Below are positions 44,505-58,060 of a DNA stretch of 64,000 nt, piece by piece. This DNA is from Octopus vulgaris (lineage: Eukaryota): the NCBI GenBank assembly GCA_951406725.2, contig OX597836.1:13516001-13580000 (forward strand), given 5' to 3'. Every line of letters starts with the position of its first letter. The stretch's first letter is position 1. Both the position numbers and the translations under genes were made by a program. Under the pieces are notes generated by a model. That model saw only the letters and a program-made list of their open reading frames with translations. It did no database searches and was not told the origin of the DNA.

Positions 44505-44673
44505 AGTGGCTGCGTGGTAAGTAGTTTGCTTACCAGCCACATGGTTCCGGGTTCAGTCCCACTGCGTTGCAACTTGGGCAAGTGTCTTCTACTATAGCCT
44601 CGGGCCGACCAAAGCCTTGTGAGTGGATTTGATAGACGGAAACTGAAAGAAGTCCGTCGTATATATGTATATG

Positions 44674-44738
<65 letters not shown>

Positions 44739-44800
44739 CATACATATATATATATGTGTGTGTGTGTGTATCTTCATGTCTGTGTTTGTGCCCCATCACT
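44505..44800 (+). mobile_element. SINE B 5' half
   Basis: B head, core and internal microsatellite. Confidence 0.85.
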
Positions 44801-45149
44801 GCTTAAAAGCTATACCCCATATGTTAAATTTGATAAGTCACATAATGATTATTTTGATAAAAACAACTATGTATGATTTATTATTCCTTTTGCAAGACAA
44901 ATAAAAACTAATTTAGTTAAATCTTTTTACAGATCTATATCTAAGCATTTTAATGAAGACAAGAAATATAATAAAATAATTAAAAATAAAACGGTAGGAA
45001 CTGGTTTTTCGGTATATAAAAAATATCTTTAGAATTATCTCTGATAAATAACAAAAAAATATATATTTTCTCTAATAACAGAAATGATAATGAATCAATT
45101 ATTAACTCTACTAATGGATCTAATAGTAATTGTGATAAAACGAATGTAG

Positions 45150-45555
45150 CTTAAGTTACAACTGTAAATTTGAAAATAAATGTTATTTCAGTAATAACCT
45201 AATATATATATAGATACAGAGCAGAATCTGAAGAGACAAGTTATTTTTACATCGGATCAACTGAAAATTTTATTAATCGACGTATTGCAAACCATGAATA
45301 TACTTTTAGGAATAGGGATAAATAGTACCGGTTTAAGTAAATTTATATGGAAGTTAAAGGATAATAATGAATTATATAACCTTAAATGGTAAATACTTAG
45401 TCATACGAGATTTTAGAAAATTGCTGATAATCACAGTAACCTATGTATTGAAGGAATCTACCAAATTTTAACATCTAAAATGTAGCTTCTTAATGACAGA
45501 CAGGAACGAGTTTTATCTTGAAAACACTCCTCGAAATATATGTTTAGAAAATATA
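45150..45555 (+). pseudogene. Decayed PLE GIY-YIG endonuclease
   Basis: NNLIY...YFYIGSTENFINRRIANHEYTF...STGLSKFIWKLKDNN...LKW*IL...NLCIE. Confidence 0.78.
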
Positions 45556-45749
45556 ATTAAATTTATTAAATATATTATATTATATATATATATATATACA
45601 AATTGAGATAGGGGTTGTGAATGCAACCCTCCATGGGATAACATATATCCAAATAGGAGTATGAGTATATGCACTCATATGTATATGTATATGTTTTATT
45701 ATGGGTATGTACCCACACTTATATAAGTATGTATGTAATCTAATTTGTA

Positions 45750-45876
45750 ATCTCCGAAGAGGCCTTAGGATATTTTTGTAAATGTCTCATTTATAACTAC
45801 ATATTGACCTACCATAAATGGCTAATATAAGTTGAATGAGACATGCTTATCTACATGGCCGAAACAGCTGTAAGAT
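45750..45876 (+). ncRNA. PLE-type hammerhead with long stem II, in a pLTR (to about 46110)
   Basis: ATCT-CCGAAGA-GGCC...GGCC-GAAA-CAGCTG-TA-AGAT. Confidence 0.72.
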
Positions 45877-46104
45877 ATAGTCTATGTTTATATTTATGTG
45901 TACTTATATTTATTTTCTATTATACGTATTCTACTTATTGTATAACATTACTATTTTATGTACACTCCTTCATGTACACTGTTTTACCCAGCATTATTAT
46001 GTTTAACCTTATAGTTTCTTATGTGGTGGTTTAGTAAAGTATTTGATTGAGTATTATCTGGTAATTGATATTTGATTTCGATGCATTTCTCCATTTTCTT
46101 ATTT

Positions 46105-46159
<55 letters not shown>

Positions 46160-46288
46160 ACAGTATATAATAAAAACAGATATTGATAAATATATGTAAT
46201 TTAATATAATTTGCTGATTTAATTTGCCAAAAATAATAACGAATTATTTAATCTAAAATGAAGCCAACCCAAAAAACAATATACATAT

Positions 46289-46346
<58 letters not shown>

Positions 46347-46350
<4 letters not shown>

Positions 46351-46602
46351 CGTTGCTATTATGCAAAAGTGTCGTAAGTCCAAATCGTTGCTTTTTCAGA
46401 AAACGAAAAAATAGTTTCAAGACTCCATAGCAAAACCATTATACTACTATATGACAATTTTTGATATCTTGGAATCTGAAGCCGCTGGAGTTACGATACT
46501 TTGGCCAAAAGAACCAGCTATTGCAAGCAAAAATAAATACTGAAAAAAAATGCATTTGGCCAAATTTGGACATACGACAGTTTAACATAATAGCAACGAT
46601 AT
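46347..46602. mobile_element. MITE with about 39-bp TIRs
   Basis: ATATCGTTGCTATTATG...GTCCAAAT at the left end and its inverted copy at the right, set in TA repeats. Confidence 0.8.
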
Positions 46603-47627
46603 ATATGCGTGTATGTGTGTGTGTGCTTGTCTCTGTGTGTTCGTGTATGTGTAAATATGTATATGTATATTGTTTTTTGGGTTCGTTTCGTTTTAGATTA
46701 AATAATTCGTTATTATTTTTGGCAAATTAAATCAGCAAATTCTTCAAGCAATTAAAAACAAATTGTAAAAAAAAAAAATCCAATCTCCAAAAAAGGTTTA
46801 TAACGGAATTTAAAAACCACAAAAAACTACAAAAAATATATAATTTAGATAAATAGTTTTTTTTTTTTTTTAAGGAAAAAGAACATGTAAAAAAAAAAAG
46901 AGCAAAGATTTATAATAATATTTCTAAAACGCACATGTGTGAAAATTGCCGGCTGTAGTCTTTTATTCCGCATAGTGTGTAATATGACGTCATACAGTTT
47001 AGAATTCTGAAAAGAGAGAGGAGGAGAAAGATAGATATGGAGAGAGAGAGAGTGAAAGAAGGGGAGAAAGAGAAAGAGAGATGGAGGAAGAGAAAGAAGA
47101 GGCACAGTTCGTTGTTGTTTGTCGTTCACTATTTTTTTTTCCAGTATTTTTTTTTACGTTCCTTTCTTTGTCTGCTCTCTATTATTTGTTTCTTTAAAAC
47201 AACATAAAAGGAAAGATAATCACAGCTGGCCCAGTCGTTGGAGTACTACCGTCCTACTAGCCGAGATAAATATGATGTAAACATAACATAGAAAGTTGCT
47301 GCTGTAGCATGGGCTTGACTGCGATGCTTAAAGTGGACTAAAGTGGACTTAAAGTGGACTAAACACGCTTCAAAGAACGAAACCCTTTTCTGAGGTTGTC
47401 CCTTGTACTAGTTTTAAAATTCTTTCATTGATTTAGACATAGGCCATGCTGGAGCACCGCTTTAAGGATTCAGATAACTGGATCTCAACTGGGGTCCATA
47501 TGGCCTTTGTAAATCCATAATATATAATTTTATTGTTGAAATTTATCTGCAATAAATTGGCTACTCTTTTGCAATACACGAATTACTGTACCAATTATTT
47601 TTTATTCGGTTCCTAATGATATTTAAT

Positions 47628-48355
47628 TATTGGGTTGTCCGGAAAGTTCGTGCCGATTCATAGCAGCTTACCTTTCGACTTATTTTAGAACATGGTTGAG
47701 TCCATAAAATAGGATTTGACTACACCTCCATTTAGAGCACAGTTTAAGTATCTCTTCGAGGAAGAAGGTTTATGTTCCTTTAAGCTGTGTTAATTCTGTA
47801 ACCCTTTAAAATGGAAGATAAGAAATTTCATTTTCGGCACTTGATGCTTTGGGAACCAGACAAAAATTACTGCAGCTTGGCTGGGATGTGTTACCACACC
47901 CTCCATATTCACCAGATATTGCTCCTTCGGATTTGCACTTATTCAGGTCTCTGTAGAATAGTCTTAATGGTAAAAATTTCAATTCCTTGGATGAATAATG
48001 AATAACTCCCTTCGCAGATCACCATACAGTGACCACTACACCTCCATTTAGAGCACAGTTTAAGCTATCTTTTCCTGGAAGAAGGTTTATGTTCCCATAA
48101 CCTGCGTTAATTTTGTAACCCTTTAAAATGGAAGATAAGAAAGTTCATTTTCGGCACTTGATGAATTGGGAACCAGACAAAAATTGCTGCAGCTCGGCTA
48201 GGATGTGTTACCCCACCCACCATATTCACCAGATATTTCTACCTCGGATTTCCACTTAATCAGGTCTCTGCAGAATAGTCTTAATGGTAAAAATTTCAAT
48301 TCCTTGGATGATTAATGAATAACTCCCTTCGCAGATCACCATACAGTGACCACTA
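47628..48355 (+). mobile_element. Internally deleted mariner with a tandem duplication of about 316-318 bp
   Basis: TIR TATTGGGTTGTCCGGAAAGTTC. MEDKKFHFRHLMLWE is joined to LGWDVLPHPPYSPDIAPSD. Units start at about 47719 and 48035. Confidence 0.88.
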
Positions 48356-48595
48356 ATATTTTAGGTTGCAATGGTGGGTTTGAGTAGTGTTTAGGTGACT
48401 CCCCTGCATCTAATTACTGTCCTGTTCTCCTGCTGTTGTCAAAGAGTATCCATTTCTCCTCACAAGTAATGATTTGATGCAAAAATGGTCTTTTTCCGGT
48501 CGAGAGAGCAACAAGGAGCACACATCGAGGCGCTTTTTTTTTTGTTTTTTTTTAAATCGTGTTCAGTTGATGTGAAACAAACCTATCCATTTTAC

Positions 48596-48800
48596 CCTTT
48601 CACTCTTTTACTTGTTTCGGTCATTTGACTGCGGCCATGCTGGAGCACCGCCTTTAGTCTAACAATTCGACCCCGGGACTTATTCTTTGTAAGTCCAGTA
48701 CTTATTCTATCGGTCTCTTTTGCCGAACCGCTAAGTGACGGGGACGTAAACACACCAGCATCGGTTGTCAAGAAATGCTAGGTGAACAAACACAGACACA

Positions 48801-48882
<82 letters not shown>

Positions 48883-49047
48883 TACGACAGGCTTCTTTCA
48901 GTATCCGTCTACCAAATCCACTCACAAGGCATTGGTCGGCCCGGGGCTATAGCAGAAGACACTTGCCCAAGATGCCACGCAGTGGGACTGAACCCGGAAT
49001 CATGTGGTTGGTTAGCAAGCTACTTACCACATAGCCACTCCTGCGCC
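48596..49047 (-). mobile_element. SINE B, full length
   Basis: Homology to other B copies. Confidence 0.92.
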
Positions 49048-49516
49048 TTGATTTTTCCAATTTTTTTCAGCTGTGCGAGATGTTTGGAGTTCTGATGACA
49101 GTTGTCGAACCTTTGTTCTCGGATTTTGTTCAACCAAAGTATTTAATCCATCATGCCGAATAAATGATTTTGGCCTACCCCTTGGTTTGTTTTCAAGGCT
49201 ATCATCTCCTAAACGAGAGCTTTGGAACCATCTCAGAACAGTTCTGATGTCAACAAAACTATTACCAAATGCTCGCTTGATATTCTGTAGAGCTTCTGCA
49301 GCAGAGTGACCCAGTTGTACTCATACGAGAAAATCACTCAACATAGTTTGGTTGTTATCATTTTCATAAGTTCTGTGGGTATGAATTTTGTATTCCAATA
49401 TTGTTGGGAAAGAAAAAGAGTGAAGATTAAATGCAAGGTATACATAATTGAGTTTTTTAAATGACTGGAATAACAAGTAATTAAAAATGCGACATTTCAT
49501 GAGAAACAACCTAAGA
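49048..49516 (-). pseudogene. Mariner 5' end (TIR and HTH region)
   Basis: TTAGGTTG-type TIR. LGHSAAEALQNIKRAFG...RTVLRWFQ...GDDSLENKPRGRP...VEQNPR. Confidence 0.82.
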
Positions 49517-50275
49517 TATAATGTATGCATATATGCATGCATGTATGTATGTCATTATCTTAAGATTTCTTGCCAATAGAGAAAGAGTCGGCTTCTAACC
49601 TAGATCCAAGGCTACTTTTTGGAATTTCAACAACGTGTGTGTATGTATGTATGTATGTATGTATGTATGTATGTATGTATGTATGTATGTATGTATGTAT
49701 GTATGTATGTATATCTGTATGTATGTGCATGTTTTGTTTTATGTATGTATTCTCATGCATATAGTTGCATGTCTAGACATACTCATATATATTTAAATGA
49801 TAAACTTCTGGAAAGTTTTAGTATGTATGTATGCATGCATGTATGTAAGTATGTATGTACGTATCTATGTATAGTATGTATGTATGTTATGTATGTTCTT
49901 TTTTGTTTTGAGAAGCCTAATTTCTCAAGAGTGGTATTTAGGCAATGTATGTATGTATGAATGTATGTATATATATGCATGCATGTATGTATATATGTAT
50001 GTTTGTATGCATGTATGTATGTATGTATGTATGCATGTATGTATGTATGTATGTATGTATATGTATGTATGTACATATGTATGTATGTATGTATGCATGT
50101 ATGCATGTAGGTGTCAATGTTCTTAAATTTAAAAACTGAACAATGTCCCAGTGTAAAAAGAAAGAGCCATAATCCAATATACATACATATATACATATAT
50201 ACATATACGCACACACATATATGAATTGAGGTTGCCATCTTATTTACATGAACATTTCATATTCATGCACACACA

Positions 50276-50329
<54 letters not shown>

Positions 50330-50331
50330 CA

Positions 50332-50421
50332 CGCAGCCTATTGCGAAAGAAGCGAAAAAGGAGAGGATGGCACGCTTCCTTGCCATCCTCTCCTATTTCG
50401 CTTCTTTCCCAATAGGATGCG
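50332..50421. other. 90-nt hairpin (pre-miRNA-like or fold-back)
   Basis: 41-bp stem with 3 mismatches and an 8-nt loop. Confidence 0.6.
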
Positions 50422-50557
50422 CCTTAATCCTTGACAGACAGTTAATGATGCATTGATATGCTGGTAGTATTGGTGGTGGTGGTGGTGGTGTTGAGTCGAA
50501 AGAAAATTGCTTTGATTATGGGAATATAGATTTGTACGTTATATATATATATATATT

Positions 50558-50830
50558 ACTCTTTACTCTTTTACTTGTTTCAGTCATATGACAGCGGCCT
50601 TGCTGGAGCACCGCCTTTAGTCGAGCAAATCGATCCCGGGACTTAATCTTTGGAAGCCTAGTACTTATTCTATCGGCCTCTTTTACCGAACCGCTAAGTT
50701 ACGGGGACGTAAACACACCACCATCGGTTGTCAAGCGATGTCGGGGGGACAAACACAGACACACAGACACACACACACACACACCACACACACACACACA
50801 TATATATATATATACATATATACATATATA
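50558..50830 (-). mobile_element. SINE B 3' half
   Basis: B tail homology. Confidence 0.85.
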
Positions 50831-51212
50831 CATATATATATCCGTAAAATATTTAGGGTAGCGAGTTTTTTTAGAAATTTCACTACCAGTGGCTTAGCGT
50901 GTATGAAAAAGTCAATGGACAACATATTCTCAATACAAAATAGTGTACATTCAATTGTTATGGCGCGGTCACTGATGAGAATTTCGCTTAGCAAATTAAT
51001 TCATTTGATAAATAAAATTCGAAACCTAGGTACGATCGTAAAAAAACAACAAGGTAAAAGTTTTTATTTTTCATTCCCTTCGAAATTGCTCTTAAATGTG
51101 GTTTGGGTCGTTTTGACTGCTTCTCCTAGCGTGTAAAGCTGCTTGTTAAAGGCAGCTTGTGTTTAAATGCACACTATTTTATATTGAGTGTATATATATA
51201 TATATCTATCTA

Positions 51213-51277
<65 letters not shown>

Positions 51278-51355
51278 GTATATTAAGGCTACCATTTGTT
51301 TTATGTTAAGAAATTTTATCCACCGATGCGGTGTTGAGTAATATATATATGCATG

Positions 51356-51409
<54 letters not shown>

Positions 51410-51763
51410 GAGACTAGCAATGCATCCAGGCGTTGCCCGAGTCGTTGATACCAATAACACCACGACCAAGTACATGTCTCTGATAAGGAAACATTGGTTT
51501 GAAACTGTATCAATCAGCGCATCCTGATATGCACCGTGGGCGGACGCATGTGTGTATGTAACATACATACATACATACATAGAAACATACATACATACGT
51601 ACATACATGCATACATGCAAACATACATACACACATACATACATACATACATACATACATACATACAAACATACATACATACGTACATACATGCATACAT
51701 GCAAACATACATACATACATACAAACATACATAATACATACATACATACATACATACATACAT

Positions 51764-51974
51764 AAAGTTAATCCAAACAAGAAAGCACAAAAAAACACAA
51801 CAACGCGAGGACGTGGAACAAATATAGTATTATTGGACGCTCTGGAAAGAAGGAAAGAAGGAGGGCCTAACGTTTCGAGCGGAGCTCTTCGTCGGAAACA
51901 TAGGAGAAGGAAAGATCCAGAGAAGAGAAGACAGAGGAAAATAAATCGCCAACGGTACACACGCGGTCACATTT

Positions 51975-51975
<1 letters not shown>
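51764..51975 (-). mobile_element. PLE pLTR-like fragment with a hammerhead motif at 51865-51899
   Basis: CCGACGA-A-GAGC tcc GCTC-GAAA-CG-TT. Paralogue of 28738-28905. Confidence 0.68.
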
Positions 51976-52016
<41 letters not shown>

Positions 52017-52078
52017 GGGGTGAGTACTTGATAATTATAAGCACCTGTGTATACCGTTTGGTGGTGTAGGTGGTGGAG

Positions 52079-52563
52079 TAAATTGATCAAAATAAAAACA
52101 TGATGCCAAGGATTCAGCGGTACATATGTTTCGGGCCTTTATTAGACAGATTTATAACAATGCATAATGTATGTCTGTGGCCTTCTTCAGCCGCGCACAA
52201 CAGCTTCGACAAGGACATGTGTTACATCAAAAATTCTTGGTTGGGGATGCAAATCCTCTCATTCGCGTACGACATAATGCGGCAACAGCATAGAATTGAA
52301 GCGTCCATCTCTTTCTTCTCTCAATGTAGAAAGAGATGGACGCTTCAATTCTATGCTGTTGCCGCATTATGTCGTACGCGAATGAGAGGATTTGCATCCC
52401 CAACCAAGAATTTTTGATGTAACACATGTCCTTGTGGAAGCTGTTGTGCGCGGCTGAAGAAGGCCACAGACATACATTATGCATTGTTATAAATCTGTCT
52501 AATAAAGGCCCGAAACATATGTACCGCTGAATCCTTGGCATCATGTTTTTATTTTGATCAATT

Positions 52564-52565
<2 letters not shown>
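52079..52565. repeat. 487-bp palindrome (238-bp arms, 11-nt loop), probably an inverted PLE pLTR pair
   Basis: The arms are reverse complements with one mismatch seen, and each carries an HHR. Confidence 0.93.
52450..52527 (+). ncRNA. Hammerhead ribozyme with intact core (mirror copy at 52117-52194, minus strand)
   Basis: GCGG-CTGAAGA-AGGCC...GGCCC-GAAA-CATATG-TA-CCGC. Predicted cleavage after 52523 (GUA). Confidence 0.8.
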
Positions 52566-52615
<50 letters not shown>

Positions 52616-52746
52616 TGGGCTTCTGATTCGAGAGTTCCAGGCTTTTGAGAAGTGTGAAAATCGCTCATTACACTCACAAACGATGCTATTATATGGTTAT
52701 TTAATTTGTCCGTTCCAAGGTAATCCCTGTAAGTGGATTCCACCTT

Positions 52747-52805
<59 letters not shown>

Positions 52806-52828
52806 TATAAATATATATATATATATAT

Positions 52829-53067
<239 letters not shown>

Positions 53068-53198
53068 TATATGCATACATACATGCATATATACGCACGT
53101 ACATACTTATACGTGCGTGTGCAAACATATGTGTATTCGTTCACCACGAGTGTACATTCAAATCTTATCTTTATCAGTTGTACATCAACAATAACAAG

Positions 53199-53234
<36 letters not shown>

Positions 53235-53467
53235 AAGAACAACGGCTAATATTACCGACCGCCGCCGCCACCACCACCACTACCACGCCTCCTACACTCT
53301 CGCATACCTCTCACCCACAAAAATAGTAACACACAAATTTGAAAACAAAATGAAATTCTTGCTTTTAAAGCATCAACAACCTAAACGAAAACGAAAACCC
53401 GAAAAGTGCTGTATCAGCCCTCAAACAAACCAACCAAATTGTGTCACTACAATAGTACAAACATCCT

Positions 53468-54002
<535 letters not shown>

Positions 54003-54258
54003 GAGAGAGAGAGAGAGAATGAAATAAAATATAATGAAATGTATAATAAAGGAAGTAGCAGATAGGGTGAAAGAGATTAGCATTTGTTTATATGTGGAGG
54101 GAGGGGCGTAGGTGGGGTAATTTGTTGTGTATATGTGTGGCCGTGTGTGTTTTTGTATGTTGTTATTGTCTATACTCTGGTCATCCCTGAGGAAACAGAG
54201 TTACGGATATATCAAAAACGTTCCAGTTATCACCATCCCATCTTTTACATGGCCATAC

Positions 54259-54328
<70 letters not shown>

Positions 54329-54363
54329 GCGTTTGTGTGTGTATGTGTTTGTTTGTATATTAC

Positions 54364-54459
<96 letters not shown>

Positions 54460-54769
54460 TTATGTAGTATCAAGACAGTTTCAGCATATGTTAACTAAAT
54501 TTGACTGAAATTGATTGGGTGAGCGTTTGGCCAATCAGATTCGCAAGGAGCCATGAAATCGTCGATTTGTGAGTTCGATCCTTTCCTGAGGTTAGCTCAT
54601 CATTTTTCAGTCATTTGTTTATATTTAAAAATTGTCGCTTCAAATCGCAGAATAAAGGCGCGAAATTTTGATAAAGTTACAAAAGATTCATTAATCTTTT
54701 GGCTACTAAATGAAGTGTTTTCTGCACAACTCTTTTTTATTACAAAAATACATGTATTACATATATATG

Positions 54770-54990
54770 AAAATAATAAGGTTAGAACATTTAGAGAAAT
54801 GTTCTGCCGGTGGCCAGCATGCATAATAAAGTTAGACAAAATAATTTTCATATAAATTACTGTATGCTTTTATAGACAAAAGATGTGACCTTAACAGGAC
54901 ACATATAAAAAATATGTTGTTTATTGACTTTGTTACGCATGCTGACCACCGGTAGAATATTTGTCTAAATTTTCTACCCTTATTATTTCC
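54770..54990. repeat. Degenerate inverted repeat (MITE-like)
   Basis: 54770-54832 approximately equals the reverse complement of 54927-54990. Confidence 0.6.
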
Positions 54991-55093
54991 ATAGTAAAAT
55001 TTTCGTTATTTTCAAGAACTTTAATACGCAGTTTTAATTCTTGTTATTATTTGCTGTCGAATGTAGCTGCGCTTGCGCTGTTGATTTGAAAAA

Positions 55094-55182
<89 letters not shown>

Positions 55183-56326
55183 AATGGTTTAACAGATAGA
55201 ACTCAACGAGGAGAAAAGTTAGACAAAAGCAGAGCAAACGGGAAACTAGACGAAAACTTAACAGACAGGAAATTTAGAGCAAGACACAATACACGGAATA
55301 TTCGCAGCTGAATTTTCTTTGGCAGTCAATGACCCAAAATATCATTGTAGTTTCGTGCCATTACCATTGAGACCACTCAATCTTGGAGGCGCCAGTGCTG
55401 TTATTAAGCTACTGAGAAAAAGCTACTGAATGTATACTAAGACAGAAACAAACAAGACATTATATAAGTACAACAAACGAAGAATTAAGCATATATAACA
55501 GCACGAAGCCTTACGACTATATACAACAGAAGAAAAGAAATAATAATATTCTACAATACAACAGAAAGAGGTTTGCAGCAATCGAACGAACTTGGGGTTG
55601 CGCAAAATGAAATGGAGTAATTCCTAATGGACGTAGCAGGAGCCCAGACCAGCATAACCAGTCTGGTCAAAGACAAGCCGAAAAAGAACAACACCGCCTT
55701 CAGTGGACGCCGGCCACGTGGTAGGGAAGAGGAAGTATTGAGGGAGGGAAAGAATGGGAGACAGAGAGAAAGAGAGAGAACAAAGGATCAGAGGGACTGG
55801 AGAAACAGAGTGAAAGAGAAGAGAAGAGAAAGGTACAAGGGAGGCAAGCAAGGGTGGAAAGAGAGGGTGAAAGAGGAAAAATAGATCGAGTAAGAGTAGA
55901 GGGGGAAAGAGATAGAGTAAAAAGGAAAGAGGGGGACAGAAAGAGAGAGAACAGAAATGGAGACAGAGAGAGAAGAGAAAGGTACATGTGTGGCAAGCAA
56001 GGGCGAAAAAGAGAGAGTAAGAGTGGAGAAAGAGATAGAGATAGAGTAAGAGTAGAGAGAGTTAAATGTCACACAATAAATATTCAAGGAATATTTTTTA
56101 CAATTAAGTAAGTAAACAGGGTGAGCGTTGCACTACATGGATGTATCATGGGTTGAACAGACAGAACACAAGGAGGTAAAGGTAGACGAAAGCAGAGCAT
56201 ATATTCCGTGTATCGCGTCTTTGTCTATATTACTCGTCCGTTAAGTTTTCGATCAGTTTCCCGTTCTTTTTGCTTTCGTCTAAATTTTCCTCCTTGTGTT
56301 CTGTCTGTTCAACATTTGATGTATCC

Positions 56327-56557
56327 TATTTCTTTATTGCCCACAAGGGGTTAAACACAGAGGGGACAAACAAGGACAGACAAACGCATTAAGTCGATTA
56401 CATCGACCTTAGTGCATAACTGCTACTTAATTTATTGACCCCGAAAGGATGAAAGGCAAAGTCGACCTCGGCGTAACTTGAACTCAGAACGTAGCGGCAG
56501 ACGAAATACCGCTAAGCATTTCGCCCGGCGCGCTAACGTTTCTGCCAGCTCGCCGCC
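56327..56557 (-). mobile_element. SINE A, full length (3' part of the tRNA-SINE chimera)
   Basis: A-family sequence whose tail abuts the TSD. Confidence 0.92.
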
Positions 56558-56571
56558 TTAAAAAAGTTAGT

Positions 56572-56644
56572 AGGTTCCAGCGAGTTTCGAACTCACGACC
56601 TTCTGCGTGTTAAGCAGATGTGATAACCACTACACCATGGAACC
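56572..56644 (-). tRNA. tRNA-Val (anticodon AAC), probably a retroposed copy
   Basis: GGTTCCATGGTGTAGTGGTTATCACATCTGCTTAACACGCAGAAGGTCGTGAGTTCGAAACTCGCTGGAACC. Perfect 7-bp acceptor stem, TCTGC/GCAGA anticodon stem, T-arm TTCGAAA, and T6 at 56560-56565. Confidence 0.88.
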
Positions 56645-56682
56645 TGATGTATCCATGTAGCGCAATGCACACCCTGTTTATT

Positions 56683-56998
56683 TAGAGCGTCGAGCTTACG
56701 ATTGAGAGGTTGTGAGTTCGATTCCCGGACCGGGCTGCGTGTTTGTATTCTTAAGCACGACACGTTATTTCACGTTGCTCCAGTCCACTCAGCTGTAGAA
56801 ATGAGTTGTGACATCACTAGTGCCAAGCTGTATCGGCCTCTTTGCCTTTCCCTTGGAAACATCAGTGGCATGGAGAAGGAGAGGATAGCATGCATGGGCG
56901 ACTGCTGGCCTCCCATAAACAACCTTGCTCGGACTTGTGCCTGGCAGGGTAACTTTCTAGGAGCAATCCCATGGTCATTCAAGACCGAAGGGGGTCTC
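56683..56998 (+). mobile_element. SINE C (5' end clipped)
   Basis: Homology to other C copies. Confidence 0.88.
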
Positions 56999-57089
56999 CT
57001 CCATGTTCAATACAACCTAAATAATTTTCAATATTCATAGTACAATTTTGGCAGCTTTTTTCAACCTAGTCGATACGAGTGCTCCATCT

Positions 57090-57304
57090 AGTATATGTAT
57101 GTATGTATATATTTATGTATGTATGTATGTATATGTATAAATGTACCTATATATACATATACTTATATACATACACAAATACATACATACACACGCATAT
57201 ACATACATACATACATACATACATACATACATACATACATACATACATACATACATGCATACATGCATACATACATACATACATACACACATACATACAT
57301 ACAT

Positions 57305-57337
<33 letters not shown>

Positions 57338-57382
57338 TACATACATACATACATACATACACACATACATACATACATACAT

Positions 57383-57413
<31 letters not shown>

Positions 57414-57431
57414 TACATACATACATTGCAT

Positions 57432-57468
<37 letters not shown>

Positions 57469-57726
57469 TACATACATACACACACACATACATACATACA
57501 TACATACATACACACATACATACATACATACATACATACATACATTGCATGCATACATACATACATACATACATACATACATACATACATACATACATAC
57601 ATACATACACACATACATACATACATACATACATACATACATACATACATACATACATACATACATACATACATACATACATGCATGCATACATACATAC
57701 ACACATACATACATACATACATACAT

Positions 57727-57763
<37 letters not shown>

Positions 57764-57813
57764 TACATACATACATACATACATACATACATACATACAT
57801 ACATACATACATA

Positions 57814-57864
<51 letters not shown>

Positions 57865-58060
57865 TACGTGTATGAGTGTGTGTGAGTGTGTAGATTACAT
57901 ACATACACATACATACATACATACATACATACATACATACATACATACATACATACATACATTTGCCAGATATATACATACATACATACATACATACATA
58001 CATACATACATACATACATACATACATACATCGATACATACATACATATACACAAGCTAT
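57090..58060. repeat. (CATA)n/(CA)n array, about 1 kb
   Basis: Direct inspection. Source of the 200-400 aa HTYI ORFs. Confidence 0.97.

Larger units (their letters stand above)
56108..56683. mobile_element. Fold-back element interrupted by the tRNA-SINE insertion
   Basis: Left arm 56108-56197 pairs with 56267-56326 plus 56655-56683. Related sequence at 55180-55305. Confidence 0.7.

Noticed and set aside
52100-52544. Two near-identical 105-aa ORFs on opposite strands
   Set aside because: A by-product of the palindrome, with no recognisable domain.
54185-54228. CTGAGGA...AAAACGTT as a hammerhead
   Set aside because: No convincing stem I or stem II pairing.
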